DNA from: a virus
Taxonomy: Duplodnaviria; Caudoviricetes
Reading direction: 5' to 3' (one strand)
Length of the DNA stretch: 64,000 nt
Virus record (IMG/VR): IMGVR_UViG_3300028804_000003
Location: 1 to 64,000 of that record
This document shows positions 7,925 to 16,180 of the stretch, one piece after another (position 1 is the first letter of the stretch; each line of letters opens with the position of its first letter). Both the position numbers and the translations under genes were made by a program. A model generated the notes under the pieces. That model did not search any database and was not told where the DNA came from. It was given only the letters and a program-made list of their open reading frames with translations.

Positions 7925-8059
7925 GCTGCGGCGGGGCTGGCGCGTCAGTGCCCGCCGACATGGAAGGGAACTAGGGCCTTCAAAGCCTGAACGCCCTTCC
8001 ATTGAATCATGGTCGTCTAAACTAGCTAGGACACCCTGACGGAGTGCGGGGAGACGCGG

Positions 8060-8815
8060 GTGAAACGCCCGCCCATGACACCATTTGAAAGGGACAGGAG
8101 ACTCATGGAAGAGATACCATATCAGCGCTTGACGGAAGAGCAGCGCGCCCGCATTTCGGCTTTCCACAACATCATTCATTGGACTGCCGGGAACGTCATT
8201 GTCATGTTCCAAGGCAAGTGCGCCAACACGGCGATGAAGGCTGCGATTCTCATGGCTGAGGGCGGCATTGATCCGACCATCAACATTCACGCCGATCCGA
8301 GGCTGAACTACGTCACGCGCGAATATGCAATCCGCTATCGTGATGCAGTGCCAGTGCTGGCAGTGGTGCGCAGGCCGTGGGACAGGCTGGTCTCATTCTG
8401 GCGCGACAAGATCGCAGGCCGCACCGTGGAGTCGTTCACCTGCGACTACCTGCCCGGAGCTTACGGCGGCATGCCGTTCCCCGACTACATCGAGCTTGTG
8501 CTAGAGGCCGTAGGGAAGCCGGACACGCCCGCCTTTCTTGAGAACCACCTTGGACCGGCCCATGAATATCTGGCCGCTGGCGGGGCCTCTATTCCGCGCG
8601 AAATCATCCAGTTTGAGGACATGGTCAAGGGCATTGGCTGGCAAGTGTTCAAGCGATGGACGGCAAAGTCCTATGACCTGCCGGACACGCTGCCCCATGT
8701 CAACAAGCCCAAGGTCCCGCCGCCTGTCCTGAGTCCTGAGACAGAGGACAGATTGCGCAAGGCCGTGGCCCGCAAATATGCAATCGACTACGTCCTTTTC
8801 AAATGGGAGCCGTGA
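8060..8815 (+). CDS. sulfotransferase family (Sulfotransfer_2-like) protein
   Basis: 5'-PSB-like GKCANTAMK, 3'-PB-like VRRPWDRLVSFW, later NHLGP, FED and LPHVN motifs. Confidence 0.75.
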   Translation: MKRPPMTPFERDRRLMEEIPYQRLTEEQRARISAFHNIIHWTAGNVIVMFQGKCANTAMKAAILMAEGGIDPTINIHADPRLNYVTREYAIRYRDAVPVLAVVRRPWDRLVSFWRDKIAGRTVESFTCDYLPGAYGGMPFPDYIELVLEAVGKPDTPAFLENHLGPAHEYLAAGGASIPREIIQFEDMVKGIGWQVFKRWTAKSYDLPDTLPHVNKPKVPPPVLSPETEDRLRKAVARKYAIDYVLFKWEP

Positions 8816-8816
8816 C

Positions 8817-9095
8817 ATGAGTACAGACATGGGATATGAAGCGCCAGAGCCCGCCGTCCTGACGGCAGCGCAGCGCCGCAAGAGCGGGGTTGTGAGGGCC
8901 ATAATCCTTTCGGGATGGATCATGACCCTTGCGACCATGATGGCCATTGTAGGGGCCTCCCTGTGGCTCACATTGACCGGCAAGATTGTCCCGGAGACTC
9001 TTGGGAACTGGACAGGGGTTGCCCTTGGATTCCTGTTCGGAAATTTCAGCAGCATCGTGGCCAATTACATCAAGGAAGAGCAGGACAGCGGATGA
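8817..9095 (+). CDS. small membrane protein (two hydrophobic segments)
   Basis: AIILSGWIMTLATMMAIVGASLWLTL and WTGVALGFLFG. Confidence 0.65.
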   Translation: MSTDMGYEAPEPAVLTAAQRRKSGVVRAIILSGWIMTLATMMAIVGASLWLTLTGKIVPETLGNWTGVALGFLFGNFSSIVANYIKEEQDSG

Positions 9096-9201
9096 TCCCG
9101 AGCGGGAACATTCGGGCCGTTAACCTTGATGAACATGGTAAATGATCCCGAGCGGGTTAACCTTAACGGGTAGGGTTAACGAAGTCCTTGACAGGTGACG
9201 G
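9094..9201 (+). repeat. TTAAC-rich tract with duplicated GATCCCGAGCGGG and TGACAGGTGACGG
   Basis: 13-mer at 9094 and 9144; TTAACCTTAAC at 9157 (also 3691, 3738); TGACAGGTGACGG at 9189 (also 3996). Confidence 0.85.
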
Positions 9202-9204
9202 ACG

Positions 9205-9287
9205 TTGTGGTCAAGCTGCCCGCCGTTGTGGCCAAGCTGCCCGCCCGGTTGTGGGCAAGCTGCCCGACTATGTGAGCAAGCTGCCCG
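9205..9287 (+). repeat. array of four TTGTGnnCAAGCTGCCCG repeats
   Basis: Copies start at 9205, 9226, 9249, 9270; same motif as 3769-3935. Confidence 0.95.
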
Positions 9288-9296
9288 GAGAGACCA

Positions 9297-9557
9297 ATGC
9301 CCGTCTATCGCACAGTTATCGGCCCCGCCGACAAGATCGACCAAGATGTGAACCACCTTGCAAAGGAGGGCTGGATCGTTCAGCAGGCCTTTGTAGTCGG
9401 GTCCATCGACATCGGCCCGATTGATGAAGACGGCTTCGCTGAGATGGAGATGCCTATCATCGCCTATCTCATGTGGAAGGAAAGTGAGCCCGTACCCGCC
9501 GACATCGGTGAGAACGGTCGTCCAGTTCGCAAGGTCCTCGGTGGCAAGAACCTATGA
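9297..9557 (+). CDS. hypothetical protein
   Basis: GGAG RBS, ATG 9297. Confidence 0.7.
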   Translation: MPVYRTVIGPADKIDQDVNHLAKEGWIVQQAFVVGSIDIGPIDEDGFAEMEMPIIAYLMWKESEPVPADIGENGRPVRKVLGGKNL

Positions 9558-9566
9558 GGTCCCGAT

Positions 9567-9932
9567 TTGTCTACGATTGCCGAACGTATATCCGCTAACC
9601 CACACCTGCCCTTTGGGGTCAGGAAGGCCTTTGCCAACGCTGCCGAACCCGAGGGATGGTCTCGACCATGGACGTTGATGTGGAGGGAATGCGTGGCGCG
9701 AGCCATCATGGACGCGCTCGGTTTTACTGGCCAGACTGAGGTGGACAAGCACAACGCGATCATGCTTGAGGCCCAAAGATGGTTCAAGTACGAGCACGAG
9801 AGTATGCGTGAAGTTTTCGATTTGGCAGACATATCCCTAGAAATTTGCCGGGAGTCTGTCATGGAGAATTTCCCGTTGACAAAGAAGGTGGCCAAGGCTA
9901 CAGGTGGGATCAATAAGAGGACGACGAGATGA
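9567..9932 (+). CDS. hypothetical protein
   Basis: TTG start with GAGG RBS; coupled to the next gene. Confidence 0.6.
   Translation: MSTIAERISANPHLPFGVRKAFANAAEPEGWSRPWTLMWRECVARAIMDALGFTGQTEVDKHNAIMLEAQRWFKYEHESMREVFDLADISLEICRESVMENFPLTKKVAKATGGINKRTTR
9836..9857 (+). repeat. 22-bp repeat CCTAGAAATTTGCCGGGAGTCT, copy 2
   Basis: Exact match to 4407-4428; lies inside a CDS. Confidence 0.9.
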
Positions 9933-10285
9933 CAAAACCCCTCAAGATCACCGACCCGATTGGCTTGGATGCCGCCAAGGACTTTGCGCAGACACGCAAG
10001 CAGATGCAGAAAGACTTTGCGCTGCTGCAACTGAAGCAGTCCAAGGAAGTTCAGGACTTCATGGGCGAGTACCGCAAGCGCTTCCGTGAGTTATTCCGCA
10101 TTGCCACGGGTGGACTGCTGGATGACCCGGACGAAGCGTTCAGCAAGGAGACTCACGTGCTGGACATCAGCTACGTGGACTTCGACATCGCTTTCGTGGT
10201 CCAGAAGCCACAGGAAAATCAGATGCCGGAACAAGACGAGGAAACTTCGGGGGAGTCCCTTCCCGCCCGCATCGTCGTCAACTGA
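9929..10285 (+). CDS. hypothetical protein
   Basis: ATGA coupling; GAGGA RBS. Confidence 0.7.
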   Translation: MTKPLKITDPIGLDAAKDFAQTRKQMQKDFALLQLKQSKEVQDFMGEYRKRFRELFRIATGGLLDDPDEAFSKETHVLDISYVDFDIAFVVQKPQENQMPEQDEETSGESLPARIVVN

Positions 10286-10292
10286 GGTATCC

Positions 10293-10988
10293 ATGTCAGA
10301 AACCAAGCACAACTTCCGTAGCTCTGGCTATGAGCGCCGAAGCAACGAGCAATACTTCACGCAGCAATGGTGTACGCGCGCCCTCATGACGGTTGCGCCG
10401 TTGACCCGCTTGCGCGCTCGCCCGGTGTGGGAGCCTGCTGCCGGTCGCGGCGACATCACCGAGGTTCTGCAAGACCATGAGATTGATGTCGCAAATTCGG
10501 ACATCGACGTGTCCAACTTCGACACAGACCTCGGTAGCATCACGCAAGGCAATTTCCTTGACACGCCGCCGTCCATGGACATCATGGAGGAATACAGCGG
10601 CATCATCACCAATCCGCCCTACGGTGGCAAGAAGGTCATCTACGAGGGCAAGAAGCGCACACCGGCTGAGGCCTTTGTGCGTCACGCGCTGGCCCTCGGC
10701 GTGGATTATGTGGCCATGATTCTGAGAACGGACTGGAACCACTCAAGCAAGCGCGTTGAAATGTTCAATGGCCCGCCCTTTGCATATGAAGTCGTTCTGA
10801 CATCACGCCCACGTTGGGACTGGTGGTACGAGAAGGACCCGTGGGAAGAGACGAAGTCTCCCATGCACAACTATTCATGGTTCGTATGGGATCGCCTCTG
10901 GACCGGCCCGAGCACTCAGTTTTGGGTTGGCCCCAAGGATGTCGGCGTGAACATCGAGGATGAAGACGAAGAAGGAGAAGAGATATGA
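10293..10988 (+). CDS. DNA N6-adenine (amino) methyltransferase
   Basis: SAM-binding WEPAAGRG, catalytic ITNPPY. Confidence 0.85.
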   Translation: MSETKHNFRSSGYERRSNEQYFTQQWCTRALMTVAPLTRLRARPVWEPAAGRGDITEVLQDHEIDVANSDIDVSNFDTDLGSITQGNFLDTPPSMDIMEEYSGIITNPPYGGKKVIYEGKKRTPAEAFVRHALALGVDYVAMILRTDWNHSSKRVEMFNGPPFAYEVVLTSRPRWDWWYEKDPWEETKSPMHNYSWFVWDRLWTGPSTQFWVGPKDVGVNIEDEDEEGEEI

Positions 10989-11200
10989 GCCCGGACAAGG
11001 CCAAGGTCTTTGGCGCGGAACTGACCGCGCTCGTGAACAAGCACAGTCTGGATTCGGAAGCGAACATTCCAGACTATATCATCGCACAGTATTTGATGTG
11101 GTCTCTGGCCACGTTGAATCGTACCATCTTCCTTCGTGATGGATGGTTCGGACGTTTCAATGAAGTCCCCAAACCCGAAGGAGAAGCCGAAAATGGCTGA
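10985..11200 (+). CDS. hypothetical protein
   Basis: Coupled start; [17 protein letters not shown] motif seen in small phage proteins. Confidence 0.7.
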   Translation: MSPDKAKVFGAELTALVNKHSLDSEANIPDYIIAQYLMWSLATLNRTIFLRDGWFGRFNEVPKPEGEAENG

Positions 11201-11471
11201 AGGAACGAAGACAACCTTTGCGCATGGCCAACTGAAGTCAGTGGTCGAGCGCATCGAACGACTCGAAGAAGAAAAGAAGACCATCGCGGGCGACATCAAG
11301 GAGGTCTATGCTGAGGCGAAAGCCAACGGCTTCGACACCAAGATTCTCCGCAAGATCATCGCGGCCCGCAAGAAGGACCCGAGCGAGCGTGAAGAAGAGC
11401 AGTCGATGCTCGATGTCTACATGGCCGCGCTCGGCATGATTCCCCAAGAAACCGAAGAAGGAGAAATCTGA
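11193..11471 (+). CDS. gapR: GapR / DUF2312 (UPF0335) nucleoid-associated protein homologue
   Basis: [50 protein letters not shown] is the DUF2312 signature. Confidence 0.9.
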   Translation: MAEGTKTTFAHGQLKSVVERIERLEEEKKTIAGDIKEVYAEAKANGFDTKILRKIIAARKKDPSEREEEQSMLDVYMAALGMIPQETEEGEI

Positions 11472-11473
11472 CC

Positions 11474-11620
11474 ATGGACAAGATCGCGCAGGAATTTGAA
11501 GAAGCACTCGATGACCTCGTGGCCGAGTTCCAGAACAAGGGACTCGACCTGATGGCCATCTCTTCGGCGCTCGAACTCAAGAACTACGCCGTCAGCGAAG
11601 CGATGAACGACGAAGAATGA
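11474..11620 (+). CDS. small acidic hypothetical protein (48 aa)
   Basis: GGAG RBS; not in ORF track. Confidence 0.6.
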   Translation: MDKIAQEFEEALDDLVAEFQNKGLDLMAISSALELKNYAVSEAMNDEE

Positions 11621-11793
11621 CCAAGTACAGGGTCTTCATGCACTCCCCGGCGTACCTCGTGTTTCGCAGATTCGAGATTGACGCGGATGATCCCGAGTCA
11701 GCTATAGAATCCGCCAAGTTCGAGGTTTCCGAGAAGAATCGTGAAGACCCTGATGCTACCTTTTGGGCGAATGAGATAAAGGAGACCAAGTGA
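11617..11793 (+). CDS. hypothetical protein (58 aa)
   Basis: ATGA coupling; not in ORF track. Confidence 0.55.
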   Translation: MTKYRVFMHSPAYLVFRRFEIDADDPESAIESAKFEVSEKNREDPDATFWANEIKETK

Positions 11794-11894
11794 TGGTCAT
11801 TCTGGTTCTGCTGATTATGTTGCTTGTGCCGCCCGAGATGATGTCATGGGGCGCGTGGTGGATACTGTTCATCGCCGCAATCATTGACGCCTAA
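11793..11894 (+). CDS. small hydrophobic membrane peptide (33 aa)
   Basis: AAGGAG RBS; MVILVLLIMLLVPPEMMSWGAWWILFIAAIIDA. Confidence 0.5.
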   Translation: MVILVLLIMLLVPPEMMSWGAWWILFIAAIIDA

Positions 11895-11959
11895 CTTTTC
11901 GGGATTGAAACTCTCGGAAAAATTCCGAGGCAAAATTCGTTCGAAGGGATTCTGAGACC

Positions 11960-12808
11960 ATGACCACAATTTCAGCCAAGGTTATAGCGCACAGCAAGTG
12001 CGCAGTGTCCGGCAAGGAAATCTTCACGCTTCAGCTTCGCTACCCGCGATGGATACATGCTGAGGTGATGACTCACAGGCAGTTCAGCCGCAACGCATCG
12101 AGCAGCCGCGCGATCCCGGTCAAGCGCCTGCTGGCCGACATGCTGAGGGACCCGGCTTACCCGATCTACTGGGGCTCGAATCAGAAGGGCATGCAGGCAG
12201 GTGCGCCGCTCACTGGATGGCGTCTGAATACCGTGCGCGGTGCTTGGTGGCTCGGCAAGTGGGCTGCCGCTGGCGCGGCTTGGTTGGCCGACAAAGCGGG
12301 TGCTCACAAGCAAGTCGTAAATCGACTCATCGAACCCTTCTGCCACATCAACGTAGCGGTGACATCGACCGAGTGGAGCAACTGGGATGCCTTGCGTATC
12401 CACCCGGACGCCGAGCCCCATATCTTTCATCTTGCGGGTGAGATGTTCCACGCTAGGATGGCATCCACACCGATCATCCTGCAACCGGGCGAATGGCATA
12501 CTCCCTATGTCGAGATAACCGACGAGAACGAAGAGCCTGCCGCTGCCTCTGGTGGTGCCGCGATCTTGGCCGTCAAGTTGTCTGTTGCAAGGTGTGCGAG
12601 AAACAGCTATCTCACTCACGATGGCAAGGAGCCGAGCATGGAAGCCGACCTGATCCTGCACGACAAGCTGATCGACAGCAAGCCCTTGCATGCTTCACCG
12701 GCAGAGCATCAAGCCACGCCGGACCCCTACGGTGAGCACCGTTCGCAGTGGGGGAACTTCGATCATTGGCGACAATATAGGAAGACTTTGCCGGGAGAGT
12801 GCCAATGA
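11960..12808 (+). CDS. thyX: FAD-dependent thymidylate synthase ThyX
   Basis: THRQFSRNASSSRAIP ThyX motif; HASPAEH. Confidence 0.92.
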   Translation: MTTISAKVIAHSKCAVSGKEIFTLQLRYPRWIHAEVMTHRQFSRNASSSRAIPVKRLLADMLRDPAYPIYWGSNQKGMQAGAPLTGWRLNTVRGAWWLGKWAAAGAAWLADKAGAHKQVVNRLIEPFCHINVAVTSTEWSNWDALRIHPDAEPHIFHLAGEMFHARMASTPIILQPGEWHTPYVEITDENEEPAAASGGAAILAVKLSVARCARNSYLTHDGKEPSMEADLILHDKLIDSKPLHASPAEHQATPDPYGEHRSQWGNFDHWRQYRKTLPGECQ

Positions 12809-13230
12809 ACGACGACTTCAAGAACATCGGTCTTCTGAAGAAGGCCACCGGCCCGGACAACATGACCCGCATGTGGGCCGACGCGAAGAAGAAGGACAAG
12901 AACCTGAAGGAGCAGCTTGTCAACGTGCGTGTGCGCCGTGGATCAGGACTGCTCGGGCAGAAGGTCATCGTCCTCATGGTGCAGGTCTTCAGCAAGAACA
13001 TGTCTGGCCGCATTAAGCAGGCCGAGAAAGAGATGACCACCAGCAACACCATGCCCGAGCTTCGCAAGGCTGCTGAACTCATGGCCGGTGCTCTGGCGGA
13101 ACTGTGCTGCAACGACTACGCTGACACCTATGATCCGAGCGATTATGCGAAGCTCGGCGGTGAGGCTTTCGATCAGATCGTCCGTGCCCTGCAAGATGGG
13201 GAATTGACAGTGGGCATCGTTACCGAGTAA
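12805..13230 (+). CDS. hypothetical protein
   Basis: ATGA coupling to thyX. Confidence 0.65.
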   Translation: MNDDFKNIGLLKKATGPDNMTRMWADAKKKDKNLKEQLVNVRVRRGSGLLGQKVIVLMVQVFSKNMSGRIKQAEKEMTTSNTMPELRKAAELMAGALAELCCNDYADTYDPSDYAKLGGEAFDQIVRALQDGELTVGIVTE

Positions 13231-13280
13231 AAGCACCGCTCACGGACGAACGACGACAACCCCTTCCAAAGGCGGGACTT

Positions 13281-15743
13281 GTGGAAAAAACCAAGCTCGA
13301 ATGGGCTGAATATCTGGCTGGACGTGGACTCCGAATCGTTCCCCTTCATCACACGAAGGCCGATGGTTCCTGCACGTGTGGCCGTCCGACCAAGCCCGCC
13401 GATCCGAGCGACCGCGTAAAGGGTGTGGACTATTGCGGATCACCGGGCAAGCATCCGAACGTCAACGCATGGGAAGAGGTGGCCACGACTGACACCGACC
13501 TCATCAAGCAATGGTTCCGTTCGGACCCCGAGATGAACTATGGCTGCGTGGCCGGACAGAACGGATTCATTCTCGACATCGACGTGAAGGACGCAGACGG
13601 ATATGACACGGCTGCCCGCCTGCTCGGTATCAGTCGCGGTGAACTGGATCGGGTCACGTTCTCCGTGAAGACGCCAAGCGGTGGCGAGCACCTGTACTTC
13701 ACGGCTGACAAGGTGTACTCCAACACGGTCAAGACTGCACTGGGTGAAGGGCTCGACAACCGTTCGGGCAATGGCTTCGTTGTAGGCCCCGGTTCCATCC
13801 TGAACATTCCTGAAGAGTTCGAGCCGGACAACTTCGTGCCGGTATCCTACAAGGTCGTCAGTGACAAGCCGTTCGAACCCCTGCCGGACACGATCAAGAC
13901 CCGCATGCGAGAGGCCATGGTGCGCGCTGAGAATGCGCAGGAGTCTCTTGAGCCGGACACCATCGACTCAGAAGACAACCTCTATCTGGCCCGCGAATAC
14001 CTGAAGGCCCGTGCGCCCGCCGTCGAGGGGCAGGGTGGTGATGAGCACACGAAGAGCACGTCTCAGGGCGTCCGTGACTTCAACATCTCGGAAGAGGTCT
14101 GCTATGACCTCATGCTTGAACTGTTCAATGACAAGTGCGAGCCGCCGTGGGACCCGGATGAACTGAAGAAGAAGGTCGAGAACGGCTACAAGTATGCCGA
14201 CCGCCCGATGGGCACACGCCGTGCGATGAACCGCAAGGTGCTCGATGACTTCATGGGGCATGGCTCTTGGGATGATCTGCCGGAATCAATGAGGCCGGGT
14301 TACGAGGGTGTTCCCTCTGCCGATGCTGGCAAGGAAACGAAGAAGAAGGATGACTATGTTTTCTTCGACGGCTCAATGGTCCTCAGCATTGATGTCCACT
14401 ATGACTTCATCATCAGCGATTGGCTGCCGTCCAAGAACTATACCATCGTGCTCGGCTCACGTGGATCGGGCAAGACCACGGTCATCATCGACGCGGTGTG
14501 CCACATCGTGAGCGATGCTCCATGGCATGAGACTGAGGTGGACGCTGGATGGCATGTCATCTACATCGCTGGCGAAGACTTCGAAGGTGTGAAGGATCGC
14601 TACGAGGCGTGGTGTGAGCAGCACAAGAGTCTCTGCAACTTCAATGAGGACACGGAAAGGTACGAAATCAAGGACCCGAACCGTATCCAATTCATCGACA
14701 TGGCAGTGGACTTGATGGATGAAGACGCGGTCAATCACTTCAGCAATGCAGTGGTGAAACTTGCGAAGAGCAAGCTGAACAAGGATGGCCAGCGCGCCAA
14801 GGTGGCCTTCGTGATCGACACGTGGCAGCGCATGACTTCAGGAGCCGTGGGTGGGCAGTCTTCAGACGAGTCCATGCAGAGGGCTTTGAATAACATCGAG
14901 AGACTGGCCGAGAATTTCCACGGCCCCTGCATCATCGCCGCGCACCCGCCAAAGGGTAACGCGAACACCATGGCTGGCTCTGGCATCATCGAGAACCGCT
15001 CGGATGCTGTGTGGAACGTCGAGCACATCGGTGGTGGTGTGCGCGAGACCAAGGTGACACGTGTGAAGGGTGCGCCCGAGGGCAACCACAAGACCCTTCA
15101 GTTCGACAACGTGAACATCAAGGGCTTCGATAGATTCAACCGTCAGCGCCGCTCCGTGGCAGCTTCCTTCCGTGGTGGTTCGGTGGTCAACGATAGAAGC
15201 AAGGTGGTCACCACGGCTGAAGAGATTCAGCGCTCGCAGGATTTGCTTGAGCTTATGCGTGACATGATTTCTCGCAGGCAGGCCTACTGCCCGATGCTGA
15301 CCGGCAACATCTCGCAGGTAAAGCTCACTGACATCGTTCGTGACCTATATGACTCCGAAAGCGAACTGACCAAGAAGGGTCGTCTTGGAGACAAGGCCAT
15401 CGCGGATCAGTGGCGCGCTCAATTGGAGAAGCTAGGATTCACACCGAACGAACTGAAGCGCACCCGACAGAAGCAGACCTATAGCGAGCACCCATTCTAC
15501 AAGGCCATGGATGTCTTGCAGTATCGCTACAAAGGTCAGGCTGAGATTGGCAAGACAGGCATGGGTATTGTGTGGACCCGACAGACCAAGTCGCACACCC
15601 TCTCCTATGGTCCGGTTACTCCTGTCCTTACAGGTCTTGACAAGGTGGAAGACCTTGAGCCTAATGAGCAGGTTGACCCGGAGACTGGGGAGATTACGAC
15701 GCAAGAAAACGGTGATGAAGATTTTGGAGCGGGAGACATCTGA
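13281..15743 (+). CDS. bifunctional primase-polymerase (Prim-Pol) with PriCT domain fused to an AAA helicase
   Basis: GKHP, ILDIDVK, TPSGGEHLYF Prim-Pol motifs; APAVEGQGGD...PPWDPDEL PriCT; Walker A GSRGSGKT, Walker B VIDT. Confidence 0.9.
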   Translation: MEKTKLEWAEYLAGRGLRIVPLHHTKADGSCTCGRPTKPADPSDRVKGVDYCGSPGKHPNVNAWEEVATTDTDLIKQWFRSDPEMNYGCVAGQNGFILDIDVKDADGYDTAARLLGISRGELDRVTFSVKTPSGGEHLYFTADKVYSNTVKTALGEGLDNRSGNGFVVGPGSILNIPEEFEPDNFVPVSYKVVSDKPFEPLPDTIKTRMREAMVRAENAQESLEPDTIDSEDNLYLAREYLKARAPAVEGQGGDEHTKSTSQGVRDFNISEEVCYDLMLELFNDKCEPPWDPDELKKKVENGYKYADRPMGTRRAMNRKVLDDFMGHGSWDDLPESMRPGYEGVPSADAGKETKKKDDYVFFDGSMVLSIDVHYDFIISDWLPSKNYTIVLGSRGSGKTTVIIDAVCHIVSDAPWHETEVDAGWHVIYIAGEDFEGVKDRYEAWCEQHKSLCNFNEDTERYEIKDPNRIQFIDMAVDLMDEDAVNHFSNAVVKLAKSKLNKDGQRAKVAFVIDTWQRMTSGAVGGQSSDESMQRALNNIERLAENFHGPCIIAAHPPKGNANTMAGSGIIENRSDAVWNVEHIGGGVRETKVTRVKGAPEGNHKTLQFDNVNIKGFDRFNRQRRSVAASFRGGSVVNDRSKVVTTAEEIQRSQDLLELMRDMISRRQAYCPMLTGNISQVKLTDIVRDLYDSESELTKKGRLGDKAIADQWRAQLEKLGFTPNELKRTRQKQTYSEHPFYKAMDVLQYRYKGQAEIGKTGMGIVWTRQTKSHTLSYGPVTPVLTGLDKVEDLEPNEQVDPETGEITTQENGDEDFGAGDI

Positions 15744-16180
15744 TGAAGATTGTGAAATCGTGGCATACCTACTTCCTTGATCTGGCAAAGATGGTGGCCA
15801 CCCGTTCCAAGGACCCGAACACCAATGTCGGTGCGGTGATCGTGAACAACGACAAGTCCGTGGTCGAGACAGGCTACAATGGGTTTGCACCGGGCGTGGC
15901 CGAGACCGATGAAAGGTGGGAGCGTCCGACCAAGTACGACTACGTGATCCATGCCGAGCAGAATGCCATCGGTCGCGCCGCTCGTTTCGGCAAGACAGTT
16001 GCGGGCTCGACCATATATGTCACGCACTATCCATGTCGTGAATGTGCGAAGATGATTATTGCGTCCGGCATTCGAGCCGTGTATGCAGAGGGCTTCGCAA
16101 ACATGACGAAGAAAGAGGACATCGCATTTGTCGAAGGCCTCTTCAAGGAAGCCGGTGTGGAGAGCTACATCATCCCATGA
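15743..16180 (+). CDS. dCMP deaminase family protein
   Basis: RSKDPNTNVGA, HAEQNAI, PCRECAK. Confidence 0.92.
   Translation: MKIVKSWHTYFLDLAKMVATRSKDPNTNVGAVIVNNDKSVVETGYNGFAPGVAETDERWERPTKYDYVIHAEQNAIGRAARFGKTVAGSTIYVTHYPCRECAKMIIASGIRAVYAEGFANMTKKEDIAFVEGLFKEAGVESYIIP

Noticed and set aside
9120-9180. TTAA cluster as full CtrA boxes
   Set aside because: Half-site spacings are 6, 13 and 19 bp, not 11; retained only as part of the repeat block
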